From NCBI GenBank assembly GCA_905178155.1, contig CAJINV010000003.1, forward strand, positions 3,148,260 through 3,212,259: a stretch of DNA of 64,000 nt, read 5' to 3'. The notes beneath the pieces were generated by a model. It ran no database searches, had not been told where the DNA came from, and was given only the letters and a program-made list of their open reading frames with translations. This DNA comes from Amoebophrya sp. A120. Its lineage: Eukaryota; Protista; Dinoflagellata. The translations under genes and the position numbers were made by a program. This document shows positions 11,940-22,555 of this stretch, piece after piece (position 1 is the stretch's first letter; the number at the start of each line of letters is the position of its first letter).

Positions 11940-14490
11940 ATGCCGGATCAGCATGTACAGCAGCAGCGAACGAGTGCTTTGGCGGGCGGACAACAGGCGG
12001 GCGCCGACGGCAGACCGCGCGGCAAGGAATGGAACGTACCGCACAGGTACGAACTAGGCAGGTGCATCGGAAACGGCTCCTATGGCTCCGTTTATCAAGC
12101 GTACGACCGGATCGAGAAACGTTCCGTCGCGGTGAAAAAGGTCAAGCGCGTCTTCGAAGACTTGATCGACTGCAAGAGAATACTGAGGGAAATCGCCATT
12201 CTGGGAAGAATTAACGACACCAGGATAGTCAAGGTATCAGCTCTGATATACAGGATTGCGCAGTGTAAAAGCCCTGTTTGAATTTGTGTCATCCATTGCT
12301 ACTTTTGTTCGTATGTAGTCGAGGTCGTAAATTACTTTTGGTGTTTAGAAAGTCGCGAATTCTTGTTTCTCACCGGGTTGCTCTCGCTGATCAACACACC
12401 CAAAAAAACGTGAACTGACACAAACAGCTCTACGACATCTGCGTTCCAAGCGACTTGTCAAATTTTACGGACATTTACCTGGTCTTAGAGCTGTGCGATT
12501 CGGACTTCAAGAAATTGTTCCATCTGCGGGAATATGAACTGCAAAAGTATCGTACTCGTATAAATGCATTACAAATTTTCTCCGCTTGAGAAATGAAATT
12601 TGTCATGCTGATTTACCTTAAGAAAAATATTTGTAATGCAAGAATTGCATTGCGATACTGTTGCACAGGATAGGGAATTTCTCACCGAGTGCCACACGAC
12701 AACGCTTCTTTACAACACATTATGCGGAATCAAGTACCAAACTACTGCTATTCTAATCGACGAGATTCGATTTCATCACAAAGTTGCAGCAAGGGTTTCA
12801 TCGCTTTCTTTTGTGAAGCGAAGTTTGGTGGACCCATCTGGGGTTCTTCTTCTTGCCGATGCATAAAGTGACCGGAAGATTTGTTCTTTCTGAATCAGGT
12901 ACCTCCATTCAGCCGGCATCTACCATCGGGACATAAAGCCAGCAAACTGCTTGGTAAATACGGATTGCGGTGTGAAGATATGCGATTTTGGGCTTAGCCG
13001 AGCGCTGGGCGAAGACCCGCAGTCGATTATGGACGACGAACCACGACAGTCCAAGAACCGCACCCTGAAGAGGCAACTCACAGGGCACGTCGTGACGCGA
13101 TGGTGGGTCATTGTGTTTCTTGGCGGAAAAACGTTTTTTTCGCCTAGTGCGGTTCTCTATGCATTACTTACACCGAAGATCTACATTCTTGCTCAGGTTG
13201 TTGCCCTAGGCGTCCGGGATCAAAAAGATCAACCGTACCCCCACAGGTATCGCGCACCGGAGCTGATCCTGCTCCAGGAAAACTACAACGAGCAAATTGA
13301 CATCTGGTCCCTGGGCTGCATATTCGCGGAGCTATTAGGTATAAGGTTGTCGTCGAGCGTGCTTCTGTGGCAGCAGCGATATATTTTTCGGCCTTAAAAT
13401 TCGATGCAGAGGCGGATAAATCAAAGCCAAAGGCTGTTGCTGTTCTCCATTCATCTATTACGAAATGACAGGTATGGTAAAAGAGAACATCCCCTACCCC
13501 GGCAACCGCGGTCCATTATTCCAGGGCGGTTCGTGCTTTCCCTTGTCACCAGACCGCAAGCAAGGCCAAGACAAGTATTTTATAAGACTTTCTTCGCAAG
13601 CCCAAGCATCGCAACTCCCACTCCGCTGCTTCGGGAACTTTTTTTCAAGACGTAGTTGTTTTGTATTGCCTCCTTCTTACAGCACTATGAATCGCAGTCG
13701 CTTTTCCGCATATACAACCAGGTACAAGTCTTCGGGAAACCGTGACCAGCTAAACATGATTTTTAACATTCTGGGCACCCCGGAGGACGCGGCGGTGCAA
13801 GCTCTGGAAAAGGAGGATACGAAGCGATATGTCCGATGCTTCAAGCACCGAAAGCCAGTGCCTTTGCGCGAAATCGACCGGTTTAAGGTACTGTGAACAT
13901 AAAGGAGTAAGTTTTGAAAAAGTTTTCAGCTTTACAACTAACCTTCAGCTTCACTTTTTTTTTGCAAAACTGAGAAGAGTGGCAGCATTCGACGAGGAGG
14001 CATCTATTACAAAGTATCTTCTCCCCATTTGAAAATAGAACGCCTCTCCCGAGTGCCTGGATCTCCTCGAGAAGATGCTGGTGTTCGAGCCGAAAAAGCG
14101 GATTAGCGTGGAGGCGGCCGTCGAGCACCCACTTTTTAAGAGCATCAGAAAGCTAGAGGAGGAGACAGTATACAGAGATAGAAAAACATACAGTCGTGAA
14201 AACTGCTCCGGTGGCGGGTTACATCGTCATTTTTTATGCATATCGTGTTCGTTTGCACTCCCTCTCCCGCCCAAGACGAAAGTAGTACTAGTGACATTTA
14301 TTCTCGCTGCTCTTTGGATAAAAATAAAGCTGTTTCCAACAAAATACAGGTGGCGCCGGAAAAGATCGTACTGGATTTCGAAGCCGAACCGGAGCTAGAC
14401 GAAGCTCGTTTGCGGAAGTACTTCATCATGGAAATTCAGCGGTACCATCCGGAAGTCGAGATGCCTCCGCATTTGGCCGCGCTGCGCTAG
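11940..14490 (+). CDS. MAP2: Alveolate MAP-2/MAPK3-type MAP kinase with an atypical TGH activation loop
   Basis: Motifs GNGSYGSV, VAVKKV, RILREIAIL, HRDIKPAN, CDFGLSR, LKRQLTGHVVTRWYRAPE, DIWSLGCIFAELL, PLFQGGSCFPLSP. GT-AG introns 12234-12427, 12734-12898, 13103-13246, 13339-13471, 13575-13721, 13888-14038, 14168-14349, plus an introner at 12533. Confidence 0.92.
12533..12672 (+). mobile_element. Short, decayed introner, 5-bp TSD GGGAA
   Basis: TATGAACTGCAAAAGTATCG...CGATACTGTTGCACAGGATA. Removing 145 nt restores kinase sequence FKKLFHLRE|FLTECH; no GT-AG pair at these ends. Confidence 0.85.
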
Positions 14491-15584
14491 TAAATGTACA
14501 AAATGTAATATCGCAGCATTTTCGTTTATTTCAAAGAATAGAATATAGTTAAATTCAGTCAAAGAAACTAGAACTACACGTAGTGTAGCGAATGGCAATG
14601 TTTTGCAGCACTCCTGCAGAAGATTGCGTTTGGCCGCCGACATACAGCTCTGACAATTTTAACAGGCGGATATAACAATTTTGTATTGAGAGTTCTTGCG
14701 GTTTCAAAGAATTCAGATGTAGAGAATTTTCACACAGATTTCAACTGGAGCCTGAGCCTTCTTTTGGTTTTGGCATCGACTTAGTTACAGGTAGTTTTCA
14801 TATCGAGAATCCCTGGTGCAGAAGTTTTTCTGTAGTATGCCACTTATACGTTTGATGCTATTCGAATTTGATTATCGGGTAGAAATGATTCCTTTTTAAC
14901 ACTTTTCGTAGCTTCAAATCACACAGACTCGCAGAATGCTTTTTTGCTAAGGTTAGGATTTTGGTTTTCGTTTTCGTGGTCGCACTGATATCGAGACGCT
15001 CCAAAGCTTTGGGCTTTTTGAGAATTTTCGACCAGAGGATTGTACGTTAGAATTTCCAGATGCCAAGAATGACCTTTTTACTTGTTGTCTTATTTCAACC
15101 TGAGACTACATGGAAATTTTCTTATTCATTGCGGTAAATTGACTTTCAATGTACAACTAATGCTGACAACACTGCTCAATTGTTTCTGCTAAACGTATCA
15201 GATTGCTCACAGCAATTTTCTATCTCGGCTGGAGCACCGGAAGATTGAAATGACAAGCATGTATATCAGAATCAAATCCGCGCACGGGCGGCCACATGAT
15301 CGCTGCGGGAGTAGGATTGTGAATTCCTGCGTACTGTCTGTGCCATCCCCTCAACGTGGCCACGGTTTTCTTCATCCGGCATTGGAAAGAACGCCCCCGT
15401 TCGTACTGACAGGTGCGCCGTGGATAGGGTGTCTTGCAGAAGCAAGCTAGAGCGGCAGTTGGTTCCAGAGGAAATAAACTGTGTTTGGAGCGAAAGGGAA
15501 TGGGAAAACGATAACGATATTGGTAGTTTATCTTTAACATTATGCACCATGTAAAAACTTTTGAGAAAAAAGCCTAGAAAAAAA

Positions 15585-16718
15585 ATGTCGTCTACTGCCG
15601 CTAGCGCCGAAAGCTGTTCTGATTCTGTCGATGGGCAGCTCCTGCAGGTGGATGAAAAGAAGTTGGAGCAGCTTCGACGCGCCAGGTGGAGTGCGGAATT
15701 CTATCGAAAGCTGCCACTTCCGAGTTTCCTGGCTCGCTCCGTGGATGCGGTGGCTCTCTTTCTATGGGGCGGCGTGGGCATTCTGGCACTAGACAACCGC
15801 TACGACTGGGGCGACAGCCGAACCCTTGCGCACAGCATGGCGCTTTCCGACGTCCTTGCTGTGGGTGCATTGGATTGTCTTCTCGTGTCGCTGATGCACT
15901 GGTGTCGTGGTGCGCTGACTGGGGACCCGGAGGACTGGGAAGTTGCTGACGATGCGGTTCTATCCGTCGCGCAGGCTGCGGTTGATGGTGCCGGCGCACC
16001 GCCAGGAACGAACAATGCGTCGGATGGAAATAAAGCGGGCCTGGCGGATGGAAATGAAAATGCAGGGGATCAAGCAGAGGACGGCTGGCAGATACGCTTG
16101 CTGTACATGTGGCTGGCGTACTTTTTTCGGGCCGCAGTTTTTTCGATGGTTCTTGTGCAGTTCGTGGTGATTGGCAGTGCAAACCGCTCGAACGAGCTTC
16201 TCATGATTGCCGAGCGCCTCACGCTTTCGTTTTTCTGCGCGCAAAGTATCATCCTGCGCCTGCACCGCTGCGGCTTGCTCAAGTTTGGGATGGAGGTCTG
16301 CGTCGTGTTTCGCTTATTCGAAATGCTTCTTCTGTTCATGTGCGCCGCCTTTCTTCCAGCCTGGAGAAGCTACACGATTGGGTGCAATGTCGGCCTGTGC
16401 ATCACAGAACTGCTGCATGCCCATGATCACTGGTCACGTGAGGCCACGCGGCAGGCGGTCCTTGCGCGGAAAGAGTGGCGGAAAAAGCGGCGCGAAGAGT
16501 GGAAAACCTGGCGAACCGCAGAGCGGCCGAAAGGAGAGGATGGTAGAAGCTGCGCCGTTGAATCTTCCGAAGAGAAGAAGGAGCAGCACCACGTTTTGGA
16601 CACGCAAAGCCCGAATGATTCACCGAGTAAGACGCTCTGCGAGGGCGACATTATTGAAACAGAATCAGGCCTGAGGGGAAGGATTCTGTCGCCCGCCATG
16701 CTCGAAGAGCTTGACTAA
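15585..16718 (+). CDS. Hypothetical multi-pass membrane protein
   Basis: Intronless 377-codon ORF from ATG 15585 with ~6 hydrophobic segments and a charged C-terminus; family not recognised. Confidence 0.6.
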   Translation: MSSTAASAESCSDSVDGQLLQVDEKKLEQLRRARWSAEFYRKLPLPSFLARSVDAVALFLWGGVGILALDNRYDWGDSRTLAHSMALSDVLAVGALDCLLVSLMHWCRGALTGDPEDWEVADDAVLSVAQAAVDGAGAPPGTNNASDGNKAGLADGNENAGDQAEDGWQIRLLYMWLAYFFRAAVFSMVLVQFVVIGSANRSNELLMIAERLTLSFFCAQSIILRLHRCGLLKFGMEVCVVFRLFEMLLLFMCAAFLPAWRSYTIGCNVGLCITELLHAHDHWSREATRQAVLARKEWRKKRREEWKTWRTAERPKGEDGRSCAVESSEEKKEQHHVLDTQSPNDSPSKTLCEGDIIETESGLRGRILSPAMLEELD

Positions 16719-17283
16719 CGCTAAAGTTTTACTAGCAATACACCATAGGAGATGATTGAAGATGCACATAGAATATTAAAAGATACAAACCCGTCGTTAG
16801 TCTTTGATATTAAAGGTGATTGATGATTTTGTTTTTCATTTCCAAAAAGCAACAATCGGACAGACAGATCGGATTTCCTCTGGTGTGCTTCTGGATCATC
16901 ACGTTGGTTGTTGCAGTTCAGGCGCCCACGTTCTAGAAGATCCCATGATTTGCCACGACCACAACTCGGATCTATTTTGAAGCACGACGTAGGCAAGATA
17001 GTGCGATCGAGGCATTTCGTGAACTCATCAGCGGTTCTTGGAAAGGAGATCGTGGCTTCGTTGTATCACCAGACACAGGCCTATCTTCTGTTGCTCAATC
17101 ACTGCACTGCATATCAGCGAGTCGATCTGTGTCGTTTTGGGGCAATGACTGATTTCTGGTTCGGTCACTTACTTGCTTGTCGATCAGGGTTATCCATGTA
17201 TAACGGCGTAACTTAAGTTGTTGTACTTGCATTTATTCGAGGAGCAACAAGAGGTAACATCTTCGCCAAGAAGTGATTACAGC

Positions 17284-19983
17284 ATGGATGCGCAATTACA
17301 GAGTCGCATTGCCGCGACCACTCCGACAAAGACCGGCCCGGCGACAAGTTCTGACTTCCAGATTCAGCGGGCACTGGCTTTTTTGGCAAATCAGAAGAAC
17401 CAGGAACTACCGCATCCGAAGCCGAAGGCCGAGCAGGAACAGATATTGGCGCGTCTACGTGAGAATGCCCGCGCCGAACGCCTGCCGCCCGAGCGATCGC
17501 GGGACGCAGAGTTTGAGGACAAGCTGCGGAGAATGCATGCCAAGGAAACGTCCGACCAGGATTACGAGCATGCAAAAAAGGAGGCGGACTCGTGGGTCTC
17601 AGCGTACTGCAAAAACTTGTTGCACCAGCAGAAACATCACGCCGAACAACGAACGACAAACGAAGACACCGCGACCTCAGCTCCGACGACCGTGCAAGGC
17701 ATGATGAGCAGTTTGCTGGAGCAGAAAAAAGCGAGTACGAAGACGCTGCCGGAACTGCGGAAAGACACGGCGAAGACGGCGAAGCTGTGCGAGGAACAGG
17801 TGACGGAGTACCACAAATCGACGGTAGGCAACCGCCTTTGTGTCGTTTTGGACATGGACTGCTACTTTGCCTCCGCCGAGCTGCGCGACCGCGACCAGAA
17901 CCTGCACAAGGTCCCCGTGGCCATCGTGGACCTCGGTGCGGTTTGCACCGCGAATTACGTGGCACGGAAATACGGTGTGGGCGTGATGCGGGTGCAGTAC
18001 GCGCGCGAGCTGTGCCGACTCCAAAACGTGCCCCTGGTCGAGCTCCGGTGCGACTACGCGAAGTACGGCGAGAGCTCGAAAGACGTCCAGCGTATTTTGC
18101 GCAAGGACTTTCAGATTCCGAAGAGTGCGATTCAGGTACCCAGCATGGACGAGATGTACCTGGACCTGACGGAGGTGGTGCGCGGCGAGATCAAAAGGCA
18201 AAAGGCGTCGCAGGACGATCTGGAGTGGCAGGTTGTGGCCGACCTGGTCGCGGAGATCCGGAAGCGCGTGAAAGAAAAGACAAACATGTCTTGTTCCGCC
18301 GGCATCGGCCCGAATTTTGCGATCGCGAAGATGGGCAGCAACGTGAACAAGCCGAACAACCAGTTCTGTGCGTGTCTGCGGACGGACGTCGCGGCCGCGC
18401 TGCGGAAGGCCGGAGCGGGCAAGGGCGCGCAGCTCTTTCACGACCCGATGGGAAAAGGACGGACCGGGGCGGCGGCGGGCACTGCTGCAACTAAAAATAC
18501 GGTGAGTGATCACGGGCACGACACGGGTCTTGCGAATCTGTCCAATGCGGCCATGCGCGTGCGCTTGCACAAGAAGCTCCGGCGGGCTGGTGGTGCTGGG
18601 CCAAATTACGCACATCAGCAGGCACGACCAGTAGAGGCGTTTCACAAGACGGACTACTTTTCCGAGAACAGCCTCGGGGCCGAGAAATCGGCGGCGAGTG
18701 CAGTGCTGGCAGAGGAGGAAGACGAGAACGTTGTCAAGCTCGAAGACAAAAAGCTGCTACTATTGGAGGAGGAGTGCGCGCACGACGGGCCCCTAGTGGG
18801 AATCGATTACTGGCTACCGACGCTACCTGCCCGCGCGTGGCCGGGCATCGGGCCGGTTACCGCGAGGCTTTTGGATCAGTACGGGATTCAAACCATTGAC
18901 AGTCTGCATAGCCACCGAGGCCTGCTGTGGCGGTTGTTCACACCTGCGCAGGCGCAGCTGATGGCTCTTGCCGGCTACGGCATCGAAAAAGTGGTCGAAA
19001 AAAAAGTTCAGCATAAGCAGTCCGTGGGTCAGGAGCGAAGTTTTGGGAGAGAGGTTACTGATGTGGCCACGGTAAAGCAACGCTTGCAAGAGCTGGCGCT
19101 GCGCATTTCCGAGGAACTCAAGGCCGAGAGGCTGCAAGGGCGGACGCTAACGTTGCGATTGAAGAAGGCTAAGACGTTTGACTACAAGGCTTGGAGCCAG
19201 GCACTGAGGGCCATCACTGCTGCTTCTGGAGTCGCGCAACAGGGCGGGCCTACTGGTTCTTTGAAGGGCAACTCCAGTGCGCATTTTTCTAGTGATTGGA
19301 AGACCATTTACGCAAACAGCGTGGAACTTCTGGATACTGCTTGGAAAACCTGCCCCCACGGCGTGTGGCTCGCCGGCTTGACGGTGACCAATTGCAAGCC
19401 ACTATCAGAGATAGACCTCACTAGTTTATCCTCCGCCGGAGCGCGACCTCTCACGGCGAGCATCGCCGGGGGCCCGAGTGTGCGGGAATTTTTCAAAGGC
19501 GAGCAGGCAGGCGCTGGCGTCGTCCTCGCTGCTGATGACGGAGATAGTTCCAAGGCCGGTCGCGAAGACCAAGATGGGTTCTCTACCGATCAAATAGATG
19601 CCTCCCAGATGAACAATCCCGACCTTGCCGACGCTATCCGCGAGAATCTTGGACGCGGAAACTCATCACTGTGCGCGCGACTCTGGAAACTAGACTCAGA
19701 CGAGGAGGACGAAGTCAGCGGTCGCGGACGTCGTTCTTCTGCGAAAAGCGTGGCAGTAGTGGATTTGGATGGAACATCCGACCACAACGATAATGCGCAG
19801 CTGGAAAGCGACCACTCGCCGGATACGAAACGACAAAGAATTGACGAGGAAACTGAGGATTTTTTGGGGGATGATGTTGCCCTCCGCAACTCGTCTCACA
19901 GAGGCAGTCAGGAGATCCTTTTTGGAGGAGAGATCGTCGCTGGTTTCGACTGTGACGACTTACTCCTAGAAGAAGAAGACTGA
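17284..19983 (+). CDS. POLK: Y-family translesion DNA polymerase (kappa/DinB-like)
   Basis: Motifs VVLDMDCYFASAE, CTANYVARKYGV, SMDEMYLDLT, SAGIGPNFAIAKMGSNVNKPNNQF, HhH WPGIGPVT, little finger QSVGQERSF and GRTLTLRLK; a Pol-kappa-like N-clasp region precedes the core. Confidence 0.9.
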   Translation: MDAQLQSRIAATTPTKTGPATSSDFQIQRALAFLANQKNQELPHPKPKAEQEQILARLRENARAERLPPERSRDAEFEDKLRRMHAKETSDQDYEHAKKEADSWVSAYCKNLLHQQKHHAEQRTTNEDTATSAPTTVQGMMSSLLEQKKASTKTLPELRKDTAKTAKLCEEQVTEYHKSTVGNRLCVVLDMDCYFASAELRDRDQNLHKVPVAIVDLGAVCTANYVARKYGVGVMRVQYARELCRLQNVPLVELRCDYAKYGESSKDVQRILRKDFQIPKSAIQVPSMDEMYLDLTEVVRGEIKRQKASQDDLEWQVVADLVAEIRKRVKEKTNMSCSAGIGPNFAIAKMGSNVNKPNNQFCACLRTDVAAALRKAGAGKGAQLFHDPMGKGRTGAAAGTAATKNTVSDHGHDTGLANLSNAAMRVRLHKKLRRAGGAGPNYAHQQARPVEAFHKTDYFSENSLGAEKSAASAVLAEEEDENVVKLEDKKLLLLEEECAHDGPLVGIDYWLPTLPARAWPGIGPVTARLLDQYGIQTIDSLHSHRGLLWRLFTPAQAQLMALAGYGIEKVVEKKVQHKQSVGQERSFGREVTDVATVKQRLQELALRISEELKAERLQGRTLTLRLKKAKTFDYKAWSQALRAITAASGVAQQGGPTGSLKGNSSAHFSSDWKTIYANSVELLDTAWKTCPHGVWLAGLTVTNCKPLSEIDLTSLSSAGARPLTASIAGGPSVREFFKGEQAGAGVVLAADDGDSSKAGREDQDGFSTDQIDASQMNNPDLADAIRENLGRGNSSLCARLWKLDSDEEDEVSGRGRRSSAKSVAVVDLDGTSDHNDNAQLESDHSPDTKRQRIDEETEDFLGDDVALRNSSHRGSQEILFGGEIVAGFDCDDLLLEEED

Positions 19984-20439
19984 AACTCGAAGAGTTAGGA
20001 CTTCTGTCTCGTGTAATTTCATTTTTCGCAAGAAGTCGGGCTCGTGTAGAAGTGCGCTAGAGGTCGAAACCAAGTTAGTATGTCATGCTGATGTTCCACT
20101 CTTTTGTTTTTTTGGAAAGGTCGTGCTGGTCTTTTTCTCTTCCCTCTTTGAATCAATGTGTTCTCTCTAGTCAAGACCGGGTATAATTTTACCGGGATGA
20201 TCATGAACAATGCAGCAGCAGCAAAGCAGCACGGTGTCCAGTCGCAACATGCATGGTGCTGGGCGTCGCTTATCGCAGACGCCTCGGACAACTAGCTACC
20301 TCGCTGGTGCCTCTCACTATCCATAGTGTTACTTTGAAACTAAATGCAGTGCAGAATATGTGTACAAAGATGCTGTTGCTTTCTGTGTGTTAGTTCGTTC
20401 TTGTGAAAGCAGGGAAGCCACCGGATAGTTACAGGCAAG

Positions 20440-21785
20440 ATGTCTTCCTGGTGGGGTCCGTTTCTGTGGTCGCTGGCAGTCTTATGCTCGGTACTTTTAA
20501 ATTGGCGAGGCTACGTGACCGGCTGGTTTTGTATCAATGTGACAGTCGTCGCATTTTGCGACGTTTTCTTTCTCAGCGCATACGATTCTGCATTCGAAAA
20601 ACTGGCCAAACAGCGACAGAAGCTTGAGAAGAGAAAGAAGCAGGCCGCCGCCAAATTTAAGAGGAAAATCGAGGCATTATCGGCATCGTCGTCCTCAGTT
20701 TCACGAGACTACGGAAATACTCCGCGCTCCTAGAGGAGACACGGGAGAATGTGGTATAAGTACATTCATGATGATCAAGACACGGAAAGTAAATGCGTGC
20801 CTTGTGCACTTTCTATTTTCATGAAAAAATATTCTTTAGTGTTTTCATCCTACGTGCCAAAAAAATCTTCAACTGCACCTCAAACCATAAAATATTTTGA
20901 CAGCTTTTTCTCATCGCGCCGCTCGCACTGACTCTTCTCCCAGCCACGTGGACAGACCAGTATCCCGCCCCGCCGGCGAAGGTGAAGGCAATTCCGGTGT
21001 CGCCAACGGAGATTAGGCTCGTATGGAGCAGCGGAAGTCGGATGTACGGACCGCTGCACACGGAGCAGTACCGTGTGGAAATGCGGAACGTGTGGAAGCA
21101 GAACACTGTGCCATTGACCGAAGCGCAGGAAAAGGCCACCAAGTGGCGCGTTGTCGGGGACGACTTCGAGGTGACGGGCGCCGACGGGTGGACCTGTAGC
21201 ACGGTGGTGGACAACCTGGAGGCCGGCGGGGAGACTGAGTACCGGGTCACGGCGTGGAATTCCCGCGGGGAGACGCCCATGCTGCAGAATCCCGTGCGCG
21301 CAAAAACGAAGCTGATGCCCAACGACGAAGACGGCGGCTCCGGGCCCAACTACGTCTGGGGCCAGACAAAGGAGCGCGTCACGGTGGTCGTGAAACTGAA
21401 AACAGAGGAAGACGACGATCATACAACTGTAGATCCTGCGACAGGAGAAAAAAGGAACCCTGGAGCTCGTCCACCTCTCATCGTGACCAGTAAGCAGATA
21501 GATGTAAAGTTGAAACCGAAGGAGCTGCTGGTCAAAGTGGCCGGAAAAGAACGATTGAACGGGCAGCTGCCGTTTTTCGCCGTTCCGGACGATTTGACGT
21601 GGACTCTGGAGGCTGAGAAAAACGCTTTGGAGCTGGAATTCGCGAAGCGGGACCCGGGAACCAAGTGGCCCACTCTGCTGCAGGGACATCCGGAAATCGA
21701 CGTCGAGGAAGTGGTGTTTTCGTCGCGGATGTTTGGCGGTAAGGGCAAGTTCAAACCGGAATTGATGAAGCTGGGTCTGACGTGA
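20440..21785 (+). CDS. Fibronectin type III + CS (p23/NudC-like) domain protein; the 5' exon with a hydrophobic segment is uncertain
   Basis: Exon 20944-21785 has FN3 motifs (PAPPAKVKAIPVSPTEIRLVWS, VDNLEAGGETEYRVTAWNSRG) and CS motifs (YVWGQTKERVTVVV, LTWTLE, LELEFAK, WPTLLQGHPEIDV). The junction with ORF 20440-20733 is not resolved. Confidence 0.7.
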
Positions 21786-22555
21786 GCTTGGGATCTGCAT
21801 TTTGAAACTGCTTGATTTGGATAGAAATTTTTATCTTTCTTGTTGGCTACGGCGAGCGCGAGACGAAGAAGTCTTCGTGTAAAAACCGCAAAACGCAGAA
21901 AATTTTCTACGCGCGTACGATAGAATTTCATCAGGGGGACTGCGATGTTGCCTAGTCCAACCTAAGGAAATTAGGTTAAGTACGCTGGTGCTACATCGCA
22001 ACTAAGAAAGCGAAAGCATAAAGGCAGAGTGTCTGCGATAAAATGTATGGCGCGCTGGATTCTCCGTTGTATCGGAGAGGCTCTTTTGGTTTGACAGGAA
22101 AATCAAGAGAAACTTGAGTGGGTGTTTCATTCGAGAGCAGAATGTCAACATGGTGGGTTGACTGTGTCGGTCTATACTGGCTGTATGTGCGATAGTGGTA
22201 CGACGTCTAGCTAAGATAAAGACGAGTGATGTCGAGTCCAGTACAACTTCTATCAGAACGATTTTTCATTGCCGGGGCTCTTTGGGGTTTAGCGCTAGCT
22301 TTTTTCGACTGTCAATCTTTCCACAGGATGTTGATGACTTTTGAACCCTGGATGGACTGCAAGGGAAGTCAAACAAAATTTTGATTTTCCGACTAAATGG
22401 AGTTACCGTGCCAATACAAAAAAAATGGCCTTCGTTCTTCATCCGCGGTGCAGCAGGTTGCTTCGTGGCACCGCGGAGGTGGCCCCCTACCAAAGACCAT
22501 CAGCCGTTTTCTTTGTTAGAAATCCACAGCAGCGGCGTTAGCCTCAAGAACAAGT

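Noticed and set aside
14168-14349. MAPK intron starting GTATAC as a further introner
   Set aside because: No convincing TIR; TSD-style removal shifts the frame whereas GT-AG removal restores it.
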